Shown: piece after piece, positions 1 to 11,300 of the stretch | How positions within the stretch are numbered: position 1 is the first letter of the stretch | How the letters are laid out: each line of letters starts with the position of its first letter | NCBI GenBank assembly: GCA_023231475.1 | Contig: JALJEE010000757.1 | Span: 1-35,460, forward strand | Direction of reading: 5' to 3' | Length of the DNA: 35,460 nucleotides | Origin: Seison nebaliae | Taxonomy: Eukaryota | The notes under the pieces: model-generated | Databases searched by the model: none | What the model was told of the DNA's origin: nothing | The model's input: the letters and a program-made list of their open reading frames with translations, nothing else | Position numbers and translations under genes: made by a program

Positions 1-492
1 CACTTCGTCCATGATTCTCGGAACAGGATCAGAGCTGATGGAAACGTGAGTATCAAGCTTGTCAGAAATTGTTTTATACAAATTCCTCAAGTTCTCTTGC
101 TCAACAACATTTGCATCTAACCTTTCGTTGATATTTTCTACTTTTTTACATATTTCCGTCAATTTTTCCGAGAGAACCACATTCTCGGAAAGTAAACGGT
201 TTATTTTCAATTCAATAGACATCAGTTCAGTTTTCTTGATCAAGCAGCTACCATCAACACTTGGACCATAACACGTCCTTTTACTCGTGGAAGGTGTAGC
301 CGTATCCTTTTTGCCTTTAGGTCTTCCTCTTCCTCTCTTGCCATCAGTAGTATCAGGGATATCATCAGGGTGGATAGTAGACTTATCCGCCACCACAGAA
401 TCCATATTCTGATCATCGTCATCTAGTTGGACGGAAGGATCGTTCACCCCACGATCAGAATTATTAATCGATTTAATAATATATTTAGACAT
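1..492 (-). CDS. 5' part of an ORF (at least 164 aa, runs off the window) with an AT-hook and a predicted coiled coil; possibly ORF1/Gag-like protein of a retroelement
   Basis: ATG at 492-490, open to position 1 (absent from the ORF track because no stop is reached): MSKYIIKSINNSDRGVNDPSVQLDDDDQNMDS...DGKRGRGRPKGKK...ELMSIELKINRLLSENVVLSEKLTEICKKVENINERLDANVVEQENLRNLYKTISDKLDTHV. KRGRGRPK is a canonical AT-hook; heptad-like Leu/Ile spacing follows. Confidence 0.7.
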   Translation of the reverse strand, partial: MSKYIIKSINNSDRGVNDPSVQLDDDDQNMDSVVADKSTIHPDDIPDTTDGKRGRGRPKGKKDTATPSTSKRTCYGPSVDGSCLIKKTELMSIELKINRLLSENVVLSEKLTEICKKVENINERLDANVVEQENLRNLYKTISDKLDTHVSISSDPVPRIMDEV

Positions 493-708
493 GTCAAAAA
501 AGAATTTTGAATCAATTTGATGAAAGAATGTTCCCCAATAAGGTTTTTCACACGCAAAATAAAAAATTACATGTCAATTGAATTTTTTTTACAAATAAAT
601 AAATAATTTTTAACGATGGGACATACGTCTCACGGTACGTGGAGATCTCCTACCGCTGACCGTAGAGGAGATCGATCATAAAAATTTATCCCGACGGGAA
701 TTTCACTT

Positions 709-726
709 AAAAAAAAAAAAAAAAAA
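709..726 (+). repeat. A18 homopolymer
   Basis: 18 consecutive A next to the GC-richer island at 615-706. Confidence 0.9.
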
Positions 727-813
727 TAAATGTAATTTTAATTATTTCTCATTTTTAAAATTTTATCTAAATTAAATTCGTTAAACTTTTCAAATAATTT
801 ATTTATAATTATT

Positions 814-1737
814 TCATTTAAGATCTTCCGTTTTGCTTGTAGGATCAAATTGCTGGTAGGATGTTCTTGTTACTGGTTCAACTGTGGATCTTCCCACAGT
901 TTTTATTTTTCTCCTGAAACTAAAAATTATTATTATTCTTCACTCATTTGTCAGTGTGAAGATAATTGTAACTATAAAAATATTCCGACGATAATGGCAA
1001 TGATAAAAGCTAATATAATACCAGCTAATGTAAGCATTCCTTTAAAACTGGAATAATTAGGATCTACAATTATTACTGTAACAAATGAAAGATGTTAATG
1101 ACTTATCGACAACAGAGATAACTTTGAATAAGTTTTGAAATTTCAATTTTATTATCAACTCCTTCAAACACTTTAGGAATGCTTCTACATACAGTTAATT
1201 CCTGCTTCGTTTTCGGCTAACAAATTTATTTAAATTAAATGGACACTTTTCTTCTAACATATGCCGCTATTATCAATTCAGTTTGACAGGTTATTCTGTG
1301 TAGATTTCCAGTAACATCAGAGAATGAAATGGATTCAGTGGTCCATTCTAGATCGTTTTGATCACTAAAATTCTGTAAGGTGGAATAAATTGGAAATTAT
1401 ATAAAATTTGAGTTTTAAATGAACTTTGAATATCATATAATGGTGACATGCACCAAGTTTATAGTCATGCGACTTAAGCGGATCGGTAAGAGATCTTAAC
1501 ATTTCCGTTTCTTCAGGTCGATGAATTTCGGCTACAAAGTAAAGTTGTTTCTTTATCACAAGTGGTAGAGTTCCATTATCCAAAGGTGTAAAAATTTCAC
1601 CAGAGATCAGACCAAAGCGATCATGAAATGTGATTAAGATCAACATGTAAATACTTTTAAAAGTTCAACAGGAAGAATATTATGATTAAATAATTCCCCA
1701 ACCTAGTTATGTAAGTTTTTCTGAACAATGGAAACAT
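814..1737 (-). CDS. Orphan single-pass type I membrane protein, 6 exons, 226 aa
   Basis: Exons 1737-1703, 1653-1425, 1372-1259, 1216-1123, 1075-973, 919-814 join in frame through five GT-AG introns of 42-53 nt. Hydrophobic N-terminus (IYMLILITF...GLISG), TM helix MLTLAGIILAFIIAIIVGIFLYF, basic stop-transfer RRKIK, short tail ending TEDLK*. Confidence 0.75.
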
Positions 1738-1925
1738 GTTTTAATTTATATTCGGAAAAACAAAAAAAAACTTAATGAAAAGAATCAACTGAATAATTAT
1801 ACTCATTTCCCCTTTTATTTCAATTCGATTCTTTAAAAAAAACAGTTAATTTAATGCTCCCATATATTAGTTTAATACATAGTACGTATGATTGTTATTT
1901 TTCACTGTAATCGTTGTTCGTTTCA

Positions 1926-2396
1926 TCATATGAATGAATGGGAATTGCTTGAAGCAGCGTCATTTTGTTTGCTTTCTTTCTTAATCGGACGGAGAAGTTC
2001 TTCCTTTTTCTTCTGGATTTTCTTAACACCCTTCTGCACCGATCTTCTCAATTTTTTTTTCATTGGTTTTTTAACAACTATAGAATTGCTCCTTTTGCTA
2101 GTATTAGATCTTCTTTCAACATCTTTCTTTTTAATCCTATCCTTTCTTTTACTGCGAATTTTGTATTATATAATTGTATAATAATATAAGAGTTAAAGTA
2201 ACTTTATGCACCAAAATATCAAAGGACAAATAAACGAAAAAATAACTCCGATTCCAATAACTATATAAATATCCAAATTTTGTCGGTAATTCTTTTTAGC
2301 GACTTCGAATTGATAGTTTGTAAAATATTCAAAGATTTATTCGAGTTTCAAAAATAACCTGCATACTTTGTTGAAGAAGTGTTCACAATCGGAAAC
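1926..2396 (-). CDS. Last three exons of a second single-pass membrane protein gene with a Lys/Arg-rich tail; 5' part unresolved, possibly a pseudogene
   Basis: Exons 2396-2359, 2302-2203, 2151-1926 join via 56- and 51-nt GT-AG introns: FPIVNTSSTKYAVAKKNYRQNLDIYIVIGIGVIFSFICPLIFWCINKRKDRIKKKDVERR...HSFI*. Candidate upstream frames (2450-2815) contain in-frame stops. Confidence 0.55.
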
Positions 2397-3474
2397 CTAA
2401 TGTATAATTATCTGTTATATTTGTTCGTTACTTAAATCTCCATAAGTTATAACATATAATAATTGTTCATTAAATTCAGGAATTACTCAAAATACGTAAC
2501 GAAAAACATATTATAGTTCTAACGGCCAAATATTTTCAAAATTATGGAATTCTATAGTTTGATTTTAATATCAACATTAATAGTCCTATGAATATGATAT
2601 CTTATACTATATCGATAAAGCATATGCACAATTGTTCATAGTTGGAATTGAATTTTAAACTTTGTCGACATTAAACTCTCGGAAGTTTTAAGTATCCCTT
2701 TAAACTTTGTTTCTACCAACGGAATTTGCAAGGTGCTTCGATTGCTATTCTTTTGAATTTTCCTACTTATATTCATTGTTACTTTTGTGGTCGAAAGGAT
2801 GATATCATACGCGTTTCAATCCAGTATAAGAAGACCACTTTTAAGAAAACAAGAATTTAAAATGTCGAATTTATGATACTGTTTCCCTATGATAGGGAAC
2901 TTGAAAAGTTGAGAAAACTTACAAAACGAAAGAAAAAGAATTATTTTCATGTGTTTCGTTTTTCTGCTACTTCCATTTAAAAACAGTTAAATTTGCTTAT
3001 TTTCATGTACTTGATTTCATGTAGACTTCTATTGATTTCATGTAGATTCAAGATTTTTATCCATCTCAAAAAATTTAACAATTTAACGGTTGTTCAATTT
3101 GTGATGTCGTGTACAAATACAATCCTCATACGTCAGATAATACCATTAATACATTTACACTGACCGAATTTACAAGAAACAATGACGTGTAATATTTTAT
3201 GATGTGTACGACTTACAATACGAAGTTGTTAGATGTGCAATAGGAACGTTCGTTCTTCGATCTTTTGTTAAATATGACGTGTACAATTTTGTGTGGATTA
3301 AATGACGATCATTTTTTAACGGTTTATTGAAATAACGGTTTACAGTTGAGATTCCTATACGAAATTTTTATATAATTCAGTACAATGCTATTATAGTTTA
3401 ATTTTAAAGGTAATAATAATTTAAAAGTTTTAATTTCTTTTCATTTGTCTTTCTTTAATTATTGTTGATTTCAG

Positions 3475-4876
3475 AAAACCATATAACATATATGTGGATA
3501 CCCAATGGATACACACATCTCAGAAACATGAGGAGACTGTGGTATACATATGGGGTCTTAAGAAAAGGCAAATATTTCCCCAATACCAAAGTATGTTCGA
3601 CATGTTACTAAAGGTTGAAAAACGAACAACTGAATAGTCAGAAGTTGTTTACCGAGCCTGGTAAATAATGAACTATCTAGTTGCCCAAATGTTCGTTGGA
3701 TGTGTTAAATATATTCAATTATCATTTTATTATTCGATTTATTACTACTATGTCAAATATGCCAAATGAAGATATGTGAAGTATTCAACTCAAGTCTTTA
3801 ATGTGATTTAGAAGTAATACAGTTTCAACTGAGAGTATAAGAATATTTCATATTTTTTTCATGTTTTAAAATATTATTCAGTTATATCAATTTAGTTTCA
3901 TTCTTGTTCAACAATTTTCAAATAAATAAATATCGTAAAATTAAATTGATATTCGAAATTTGAAGATTTGAATAAAATTCTATTATATTGATATTATTAT
4001 TATTGTTATCTAAAGCAGCCTTGAACATATTCTCATAAGGGTAACAATTTATTATTAATTAAAATTACGTCATAACATATACAAATCGCTCTCTTCTATT
4101 TGTTACATATCGATTAAGTTTCCCAAAATTATCCTGCTTGCCATGGATCAAACAACATTATCATTGCGAGATGGTTTGGAACGGTTTATATTTTTCGTAT
4201 TAGTTCGTATCAATTTTAATCTTCACAAATGCCCAATAAACTAATAGACTTTGTTGTACTTATATTTTTTCGTCAATTTCATTTTATATTGGGAATATAT
4301 GAAAGAAGTGATCGAAGAACTCGACGAAAAATATAGTTTGATGTTTTAGATAATTTATAATAATTTGGGGTCAGTTGAAAATTCTGTTGCAATTTTGGTC
4401 GTCATATCAGGTCTCCCTTTAGTTATTGGACATATTATAAAGTTGTTAGATGAGAAAGGTTTCCTGAAAAATAAGGTTTCTTCTTTTCCTCTAATTCCAT
4501 TTACATTGTTAATTCTCTTGTTAAATGAATTAGAAAATTTTAACTTATTTCCTACAATTTCCAATTTGTCACTACATTTGGAAATGGAGATGGCTAAATT
4601 TCTTCGTCTTTGTTCTATCGACAACCGTTTTTCATGTGACGAAGGAAGAAGATGTTATCAGTGAGATTTTGGAAGCTAAACTATCTGTAAACAATTTGAC
4701 AGATGAACAAACTGAAATGTACCAAAGTGTGAAAGTAAATCTGACGGAAATCGAGGGTCATTTTAGTCTATTCTTCTATTTACTCGTTTATTTTCCATCT
4801 TTCTTCATGTCCATTCAATTTCTTAATTATCGCAGATTTCAACCACTATAATTTCTGTGGCATTGATGGTCGGTAG
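3475..4876 (+). pseudogene. Probable decayed multi-exon gene for a hydrophobic (membrane) protein
   Basis: Coding-like segments between AT-rich intron-like gaps (KPYNIYVDTQWIH...; TLLYLYFFVNFILYWEYMKEVIEELDEKYSLMF*IIYNNLGSVENSVAILVVISGLPLVIGHII; KILTYFLQFPICHYIWKWRWLNFFVFVLSTTVFHVTKEEDVISEILE) with in-frame stops; no recognisable family. Confidence 0.3.
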
Positions 4877-4975
4877 GTACGTGTATATGGTAAAAGAGAA
4901 CCTGTATTCTGACATTAAGAGAAAAGAAGGGGAACCCATAAAGCATTATTATTATGATTAAGAAAAAATGATTTT

Positions 4976-5057
4976 CGACGAGGATGGGATTCGAACCCAC
5001 GCGGGCAGAGCCCATTGGATTAGCAGTCCAACGCCTTAACCACTCGGCCACCTCGTC
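4976..5057 (-). tRNA. tRNA-Ser (anticodon GCT)
   Basis: GACGAGGTGGCCGAGTGGTTAAGGCGTTGGACTGCTAATCCAATGGGCTCTGCCCGCGTGGGTTCGAATCCCATCCTCGTCG: 82 nt, acceptor stem GACGAGG/CCTCGTC, TTGGA-CTGCTAA-TCCAA anticodon arm, long variable arm, GTTCGAATC T-loop, followed by a T6 Pol III terminator. Confidence 0.98.
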
Positions 5058-5246
5058 ATACGTCTTTTTCATTAATTTCTATATAATATTTTATCATTTT
5101 CACAAAATATAAAAAAAATGATATTTTCATAAATTGTACAAAGTATGATAATCATTCGACAATTGATATTTATGAAAAAAAGAAGAATGTCATGAAAAAA
5201 AAAATCAAAATAAATTTAATACATTTTTCTTCACAACAAATATAAA

Positions 5247-6999
5247 TCAGACGAGAAGTTTTAAGTAATTGTCTAAATGTTCTACAATTTTTTCACTAGT
5301 CAATGTGTCTTTTTCGTTCTCCATCTTACTCCAATTATCGACGACGGTAGAGAATGAGAGATAATATTGATTCCAATAAATACGTTCAATAATCGACCAG
5401 TCAAATAAGTTATCTTTTTGAATTTCGTCGAGAACTTGTTTATAAATCTCCATATTCTTTTCTGTCAACAACGTGCAAATATGTTGGAGAATTGTCGTTT
5501 GTAATTTATCTAAGCCCATCTGAAGTGAGAGACCGTAAGATTGGATTAAATGTCTAAATTTCCCAATCGTGTCTGTCTCTTCGTCAATTGTGATTTTGGA
5601 AATGTAGAATATTCGAAGAATACTAATTAGTCGTTTGGGATAAATGACATTCTTCATCATAATATGATGAGGACAAGACATGAATTCTAAATCATTCTCC
5701 GAATCAGCATCCGGTAAACCGTTTCGTTTATATTGGAATTCGATTTCTGGAAAAACTTTATTTTCAGTATCGTTATCTAATCGCATTACTTTTTGAGTTT
5801 TATTAAAATATTTGAATTGTTCTTCCAATTTTATCTTATCATTCTCCAATTCGTTCTCATAACCAGTTGCTGATCGTTCAATAAATTCTTCTTCACTTTC
5901 ATCTTCAGTATCATAAACATCTCCAATTTGAAAGAATTGTTTCATTTCTTCATCTATATATCCGTTTTCTATTTCTTCTTCTTCTTCCTCTTTAGTCGAT
6001 TTGAATATTGTTTCATCGAATTCACCCAGCAATTTACCAAAAATATAATGATAACGAAGAACAGTAGAATGTCCATATACTTCGACATCATCTGATGTTT
6101 TTATATAAATATCAGAATCGATATCATTCTTCAACAACTTGGTCGGAAATGTCAAATAACTCAAATTATCTACATACTGGTCAAACGTTTTCAATTGTAT
6201 CATAGTATCAGAATTGAATCCGTACGCTCGAATGAAACCGATTCCACGCTCAATTCCTTTTCGTCCCACATTGTTCGTTAGAGAACAATCGAAAAAGATT
6301 TGAATGGTATTAATTGGAAATGGACATTTCCGAATATTTGGTCTGAACAAACGGATTTTCTTCAAAAAATAAATTTAAATATTCATGAAAATATGGTAAT
6401 TATTTGAAAATAATCAAAAATAAAAAAAATTTAAGGAAAATTTTGAACCTGAAGAACTGTCGGTGCTCTTCTTCGGGTATAGACTCGAAATAAATTCCTA
6501 TCCTTTGCATCATCATTTATATGATAATGCAAATGTGATATGATCGATCCTTTATGTCGACCATATTCGAAATGGGATGATGAATTCCCCACAAAAATAT
6601 CAGTAATTCCACCTAACCACACAAATATAAATTTGTATTAATAATAAAAGTAAAAGAAAGATAACCTCCATTGAGACTCTCAAGAACTTCAAAATTCTCC
6701 AAGAAGAAACTGTCATGGTATTTTAGTGTTATACTTTCGTCACAATTGAACGTTTCATTCTTCCAACATTTATGACAATCATAATATGGTTTTTCTTTTA
6801 GTTTCAACATACCACAATATGGAGTGGTATTTGTCGCATGATAAACTTTCAAGGTAAGCGAATTGGAATCCGGCCATTTATGTTCTTCAATATTATCGTT
6901 ACTAACTTTCTTTAAAAGTTTAGTTAATTTTTTTAGGAATAATTCAAATATCGAAACTTTCTTTGGATCATCCAATAAATACTGATAACTAAAACTCAT
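5247..6999 (-). CDS. BTB/POZ-domain protein, 3 exons, 536 aa, BTB interrupted by an acidic insertion
   Basis: Exons 6999-6666, 6612-6449, 6359-5247 (introns 53 and 89 nt) link three track ORFs in frame. BTB N-half DSDIYIKTSDDVEVYGHSTVLRYHYIFGKLL; C-half IMMKNVIYPKRLISILRIFYISKITI...YGLSLQMGLDKLQTTILQHICTLLTEKN. Confidence 0.75.
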
Positions 7000-7326
7000 G
7001 ATAAATTGTGAAAAAGTTTTTTTGTTTTTTTCTTATTTCCAAGACGATCGTCAAAAAGATGATTGTGAAATATATAAAAGTTTTTATGATGAAACTTTAC
7101 GTAATTTGAAGCTTGTTTCTTATTTCGGAGAATATGAATTATCAATAGAGGATAATAAAGAGAAGAATAAATATCAATTAACGTATAATAATGAAAATTT
7201 TATAAATTGAAAAATTGAAAAATTAATTTTTATTTTTAGTATTTGGAAGAAAATTTCTTTGAATATTTCATCGATTAGATATTTTAAATTTTACCATCTC
7301 CAACGATTATCGACTAACAGTAAGTA

Positions 7327-7745
7327 CCGTCGTGTGGGGCAATTTAGGAAAGTGGGGCAACTTTGGAAGAAATTTTTAAAACTTATATTAAAAGGGATTT
7401 TTTAAAGTCAATACCTATATAATTATATATCATTACATAGCTCATTAAAAATTCAACAGGTTAACATTTCTTCTTGACATTTTTAGTAAAACAAACAATT
7501 TTATTTCATGTTTGAAACTACCAATTTTTGAAAATTTATGCCCAATCTAATTTTGGCTTTTAAAAACGTACCCTAAAAATGATATTCAAACATAATTTTT
7601 AATGTTGAAAATATTATAATATGTGAAGTAAATAATTCTCTACACGTTGATATCGCAAAATCCTAAAATTAATTCGGATCACTTATCAAAAATTTAAAAA
7701 CAGTGGCTGGGGCAATTTAGGAATGTTGTTTGGGGCAAATTAGGA
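7327..7745 (+). mobile_element. Single long terminal repeat arm (IR/DR type) of a probable pogo/Fot1-like DNA transposon
   Basis: TA followed by CCGTCGTGTGGGGCAATTTAGGA; the 15-mer TGGGGCAAHTTWGGA occurs four times in direct orientation as two pairs (7335, 7353; 7708, 7731). No inverted partner seen in the window. Confidence 0.55.
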
Positions 7746-7755
7746 ATTTTATATT

Positions 7756-8116
7756 TTAGCAAAATAACAAAATTTTTCGAGGTGGTAGTCTATTTCCGAT
7801 TAATTCCGTTATTCTTCTTGGGAAGAATTGATTGGTGTCTAAGAATAAATGTTCATTCCAAACATACTCCCAATTGAGAATATGTTTTTGTTGTGGTATA
7901 TCCATATTGGTCTGATTAAGTGTATTAAATTCTCGTTTTGCATTTAATTTCAAATAAAGTAAATTTAATTTCGAATAATATCTCACAAATTCACCCGTTA
8001 TTTAATAGTAGAATTTAATTCTGTTTCTAAATCTTTCCCATGGAAAGAACGAACTATCGTCTTACCATCATCACGATGAGATGTAGGTCCATAGAACATA
8101 AAATTCAAGAAAAACA
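7756..8116 (-). pseudogene. Possible gene fragment ending at the transposon arm
   Basis: Coding-like frame (...GEFVRYYSKLNLLYLK...WEYVWNEHLFLDTNQFFPRRITELIGNRLPPRKILLFC*) with stops upstream and no clean start; no family recognised. Confidence 0.2.
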
Positions 8117-8385
8117 TAAAAACCGAATCGAATGTCTGAAGTAAATTGTGTACTATACGTGAATGTAATTAAATTTTTATAGAAAATTATATTTTTATTC
8201 AACAAAAAAAAAATATTTTAGGATTTCATATCGTCACGATGAGAAGAAAAAATATAGTAAATTAAATTTTGGAAAATTAATTGAAAATGTTAAAAGTTTA
8301 ATTCAAAAAAACCGAAAGATAGATAAAAATGATAGTAAGATAATTGATGTATCACTCACTCAGCTACGATGAATTAATGAGTTAG

Positions 8386-11300
8386 TTAATTAATTAAATT
8401 ACAATAGATTAATGTGATTAATTCATTCAAATGATTGTAAATGGATAGGAATACTTTACAATCAGGTGACATTTCCATGGATTCTCTAAGGGATTTACAT
8501 TCATTTAAGATTGTCCCCAATTCTTTTCGATCTTTCGAATCCGTTTCAATCATATGATTTATTTTCAATTGTAATTTGATGAAGTCTTGATATATCTTCT
8601 TAGCCGAATGTTCAATCTCCAAATTATTAAATAAACTTTCGAATTCCATCGGATAATAAAGAACTTCTCTCGATTGATGACTTGCTAGATAAGTGAAGAG
8701 AGTTTTTTCTGCTTCCTTCCTCCTCCCCAAACTGAGAAGCAAACGAAATTGTAGAATAATCTTTCGACAATTCTTCTTCATCTCCAAATCGGGATAATTT
8801 TGAGTACAATCCAAATTTTCTTTTTCGAACAAATTGGCGAGATGTGTTTGAAATTTCTCATTCTCTTTCACATATAACTGCAAAGTTTGATGATTCTCTT
8901 CATAGAATAGAAGATATTCGTCAACCGATTTAATATTTTCACACAATAAATCATTAATTTTTTCATTTCTCAATTTTGAATCAAGAATAAAATTTAGTAG
9001 AAAATAATCATTCTTCCAATTCGAACAACACTCCGATTTTGTTTGAATAAGATTCTCAATAAATTTCGTACCATCATTCGTTCCCAATTTATAAGACGAC
9101 AACCAAAGGAACAAATTCTCTTCGAATGTCAACGATTGTGTTGGATGAAAAATCATCGGAAAAGTATTGGGGGACAAATTCATTCGTCCCATAAAAAATG
9201 TTTGACGGAATCGACAGTTCAATACACCAACATCGTCTGTCGACTGAATCATATCCTCATCAGATTCACCTCCTTTGTAAACATAATATATCAATTGTTT
9301 AAAAAAATGATTCACTTCCTTCAATTCGATGATTTCAATAATTTGTCTGATGGTTTTACTTGTGTTTTCTGATTGTTTTGCAATTTCTAAAAAACTCGCA
9401 TCCGAATCTAAAGTAGCGAGAGCCAAAGTATATTGATTCTCTTCCAATAATAATTCTCTCATTTTCAAAATATTTTCTAATAAATTTGAATTGATACCTA
9501 ATTCCTGAGAATATTCTTGTAACCATTCGACTAATTCATTAGGAGTCGAATTAATCACCTCATAAAATTCAATAAACATTTTCAATTTCCTATTTCCCAA
9601 TTGTTTTGCCAGTTCATCCACATTTCTCACTTCCAATGAACATTCGCCATTTTCTGTAAATTCTTTTACTTTTTCCATCATGTCATCTTGGAATGAATAA
9701 GAACTGAAATGTTCTACTTCGAATATCCAGGAACCTGTAGACGGAATATATTCCATAAATTTTCCATGAATCTTTTCCGTCGATCTCTTCAATTTCTCCG
9801 AGAAAAATAAATTCCTCAATTGCTGCTCGTCAGTGATGGGCTCTCTCGTCATTTTATTCAACGGCCAAACGTTGTGCAGTGTGACGATGGCAGGTCGATT
9901 AAGACCTTCACCAACTTCCGGTTTTCGAACTAAATCCTGATTTGTGTAAAGTGAAACAGATCGATGGTCAATTTTCACAATAACATCCAGATCCAAATCC
10001 TTCAAATTGACCATTCCCAAAAATTTTACTTGTCCATATGTGTGATGTTTGATGATGAAGTTCTCGACGAAACAATCCAAAGTTTCTTTATTAGTCAATC
10101 GATTTAATTGTTTTCCGTCGGGAATAATTGAATATTCCTTTCTTATATTTTTCAATCCACAAATAATTGAATCATTTTCTTCTAATTGGATGTCGACGTA
10201 TTTATTTTGTGAGAAATTCTCTTTTTCATTCTCTGTCTCATCTTTCCTTAACATCATTTGCAAGTGATTAAAATTCTCTTCTGTTAAAATATCGTTTTTT
10301 CCTTTCGATATTTTCTTCCCAACAAAATTATAAGATTTTTCTTCTTCTTCTTCATTATTGTCCACAGGAGTAATTGATGATTCATTTTCTTCTCTCACAA
10401 CCACATTCCCATTATCTAACGATTGACTTCTTTCTCCTACATTTTTATAGAATTTTTTAATAGAAATTTCTCCAAGTTCATTTGTCAAATTATTATCTGG
10501 ACTATTTGCCATTTGATCGTTATAGAAAGAATTTTGTCGTTTCTTTAAGACGGCATCCATCGATTCATCCATCATAGTTAACGATTTCTCGATCGCTTCA
10601 ATATTCAACGAATTGTATGACGTATTTGATATTAATGGTTTACGGAACATATTCGATTTACGAACGCGATTAGCAGCTGCTGAACTGATTTTATTATTCG
10701 ATGAATTCGCTTGATAAATCTCGTTCATTTTCAAATAAGTTTTCTTTGTATCTTTCGATGATTTGTGATTTGACAATGTCTGAAAAAGAAGATCATTCGA
10801 ATTATTAAATTTATTCGAATGTGACGAAACAGATTTAGTTTCACTTTTCTTATTCTCTAAATTCTTCGAGAATATCGATAATCTTCTTTTTTGTGCTTCG
10901 TAGAGAATTGACGCCGTATTCGTCTTATCAGATGTGGTGGCACCAGACGTCGAATGTGAATCATTTAATGAGAGAGAATCATCTTGAATGATTCCATAAG
11001 GATTTGCTTTCATCAATAACATCATCTGAGCTTGAGCTACTTTCTCTTGATTTAATTGATTCAATTGTTGAATGACAATATCAGGAATGGCATTATTCGT
11101 ATTAACTGTATTTCCAGATGTATTAAAAAGTGATGTGCTCCCAAGAACATTATTCCCCATCGAATTATTAGTCGATGTTGTCGATGTATTGAATAATCCA
11201 GTTCCTGTTGTATTCGCATTATTCGTTCCACCAAATAATGATGAGGCTGTCGTAGTTTTCATTCCGAATAAAGACGACGTAGTAGAAGCACCACCAGTCG

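Noticed and set aside
30..50. Hammerhead-like CTGATG...GAAAC motif
   Set aside because: The CUGANGA core is incomplete, there is no stem II, and it lies antisense within the AT-hook ORF.
4839..5072. 77-aa track ORF
   Set aside because: It is a translation of the tRNA-Ser gene.
2450..8010. Stop-codon reassignment suggested by isolated in-frame TAA/TAG in several coding-like stretches
   Set aside because: Long conserved ORFs (Nup98, COG8, lipid transfer gene) have no internal stops and end in TAA or TGA; pseudogene decay is simpler.
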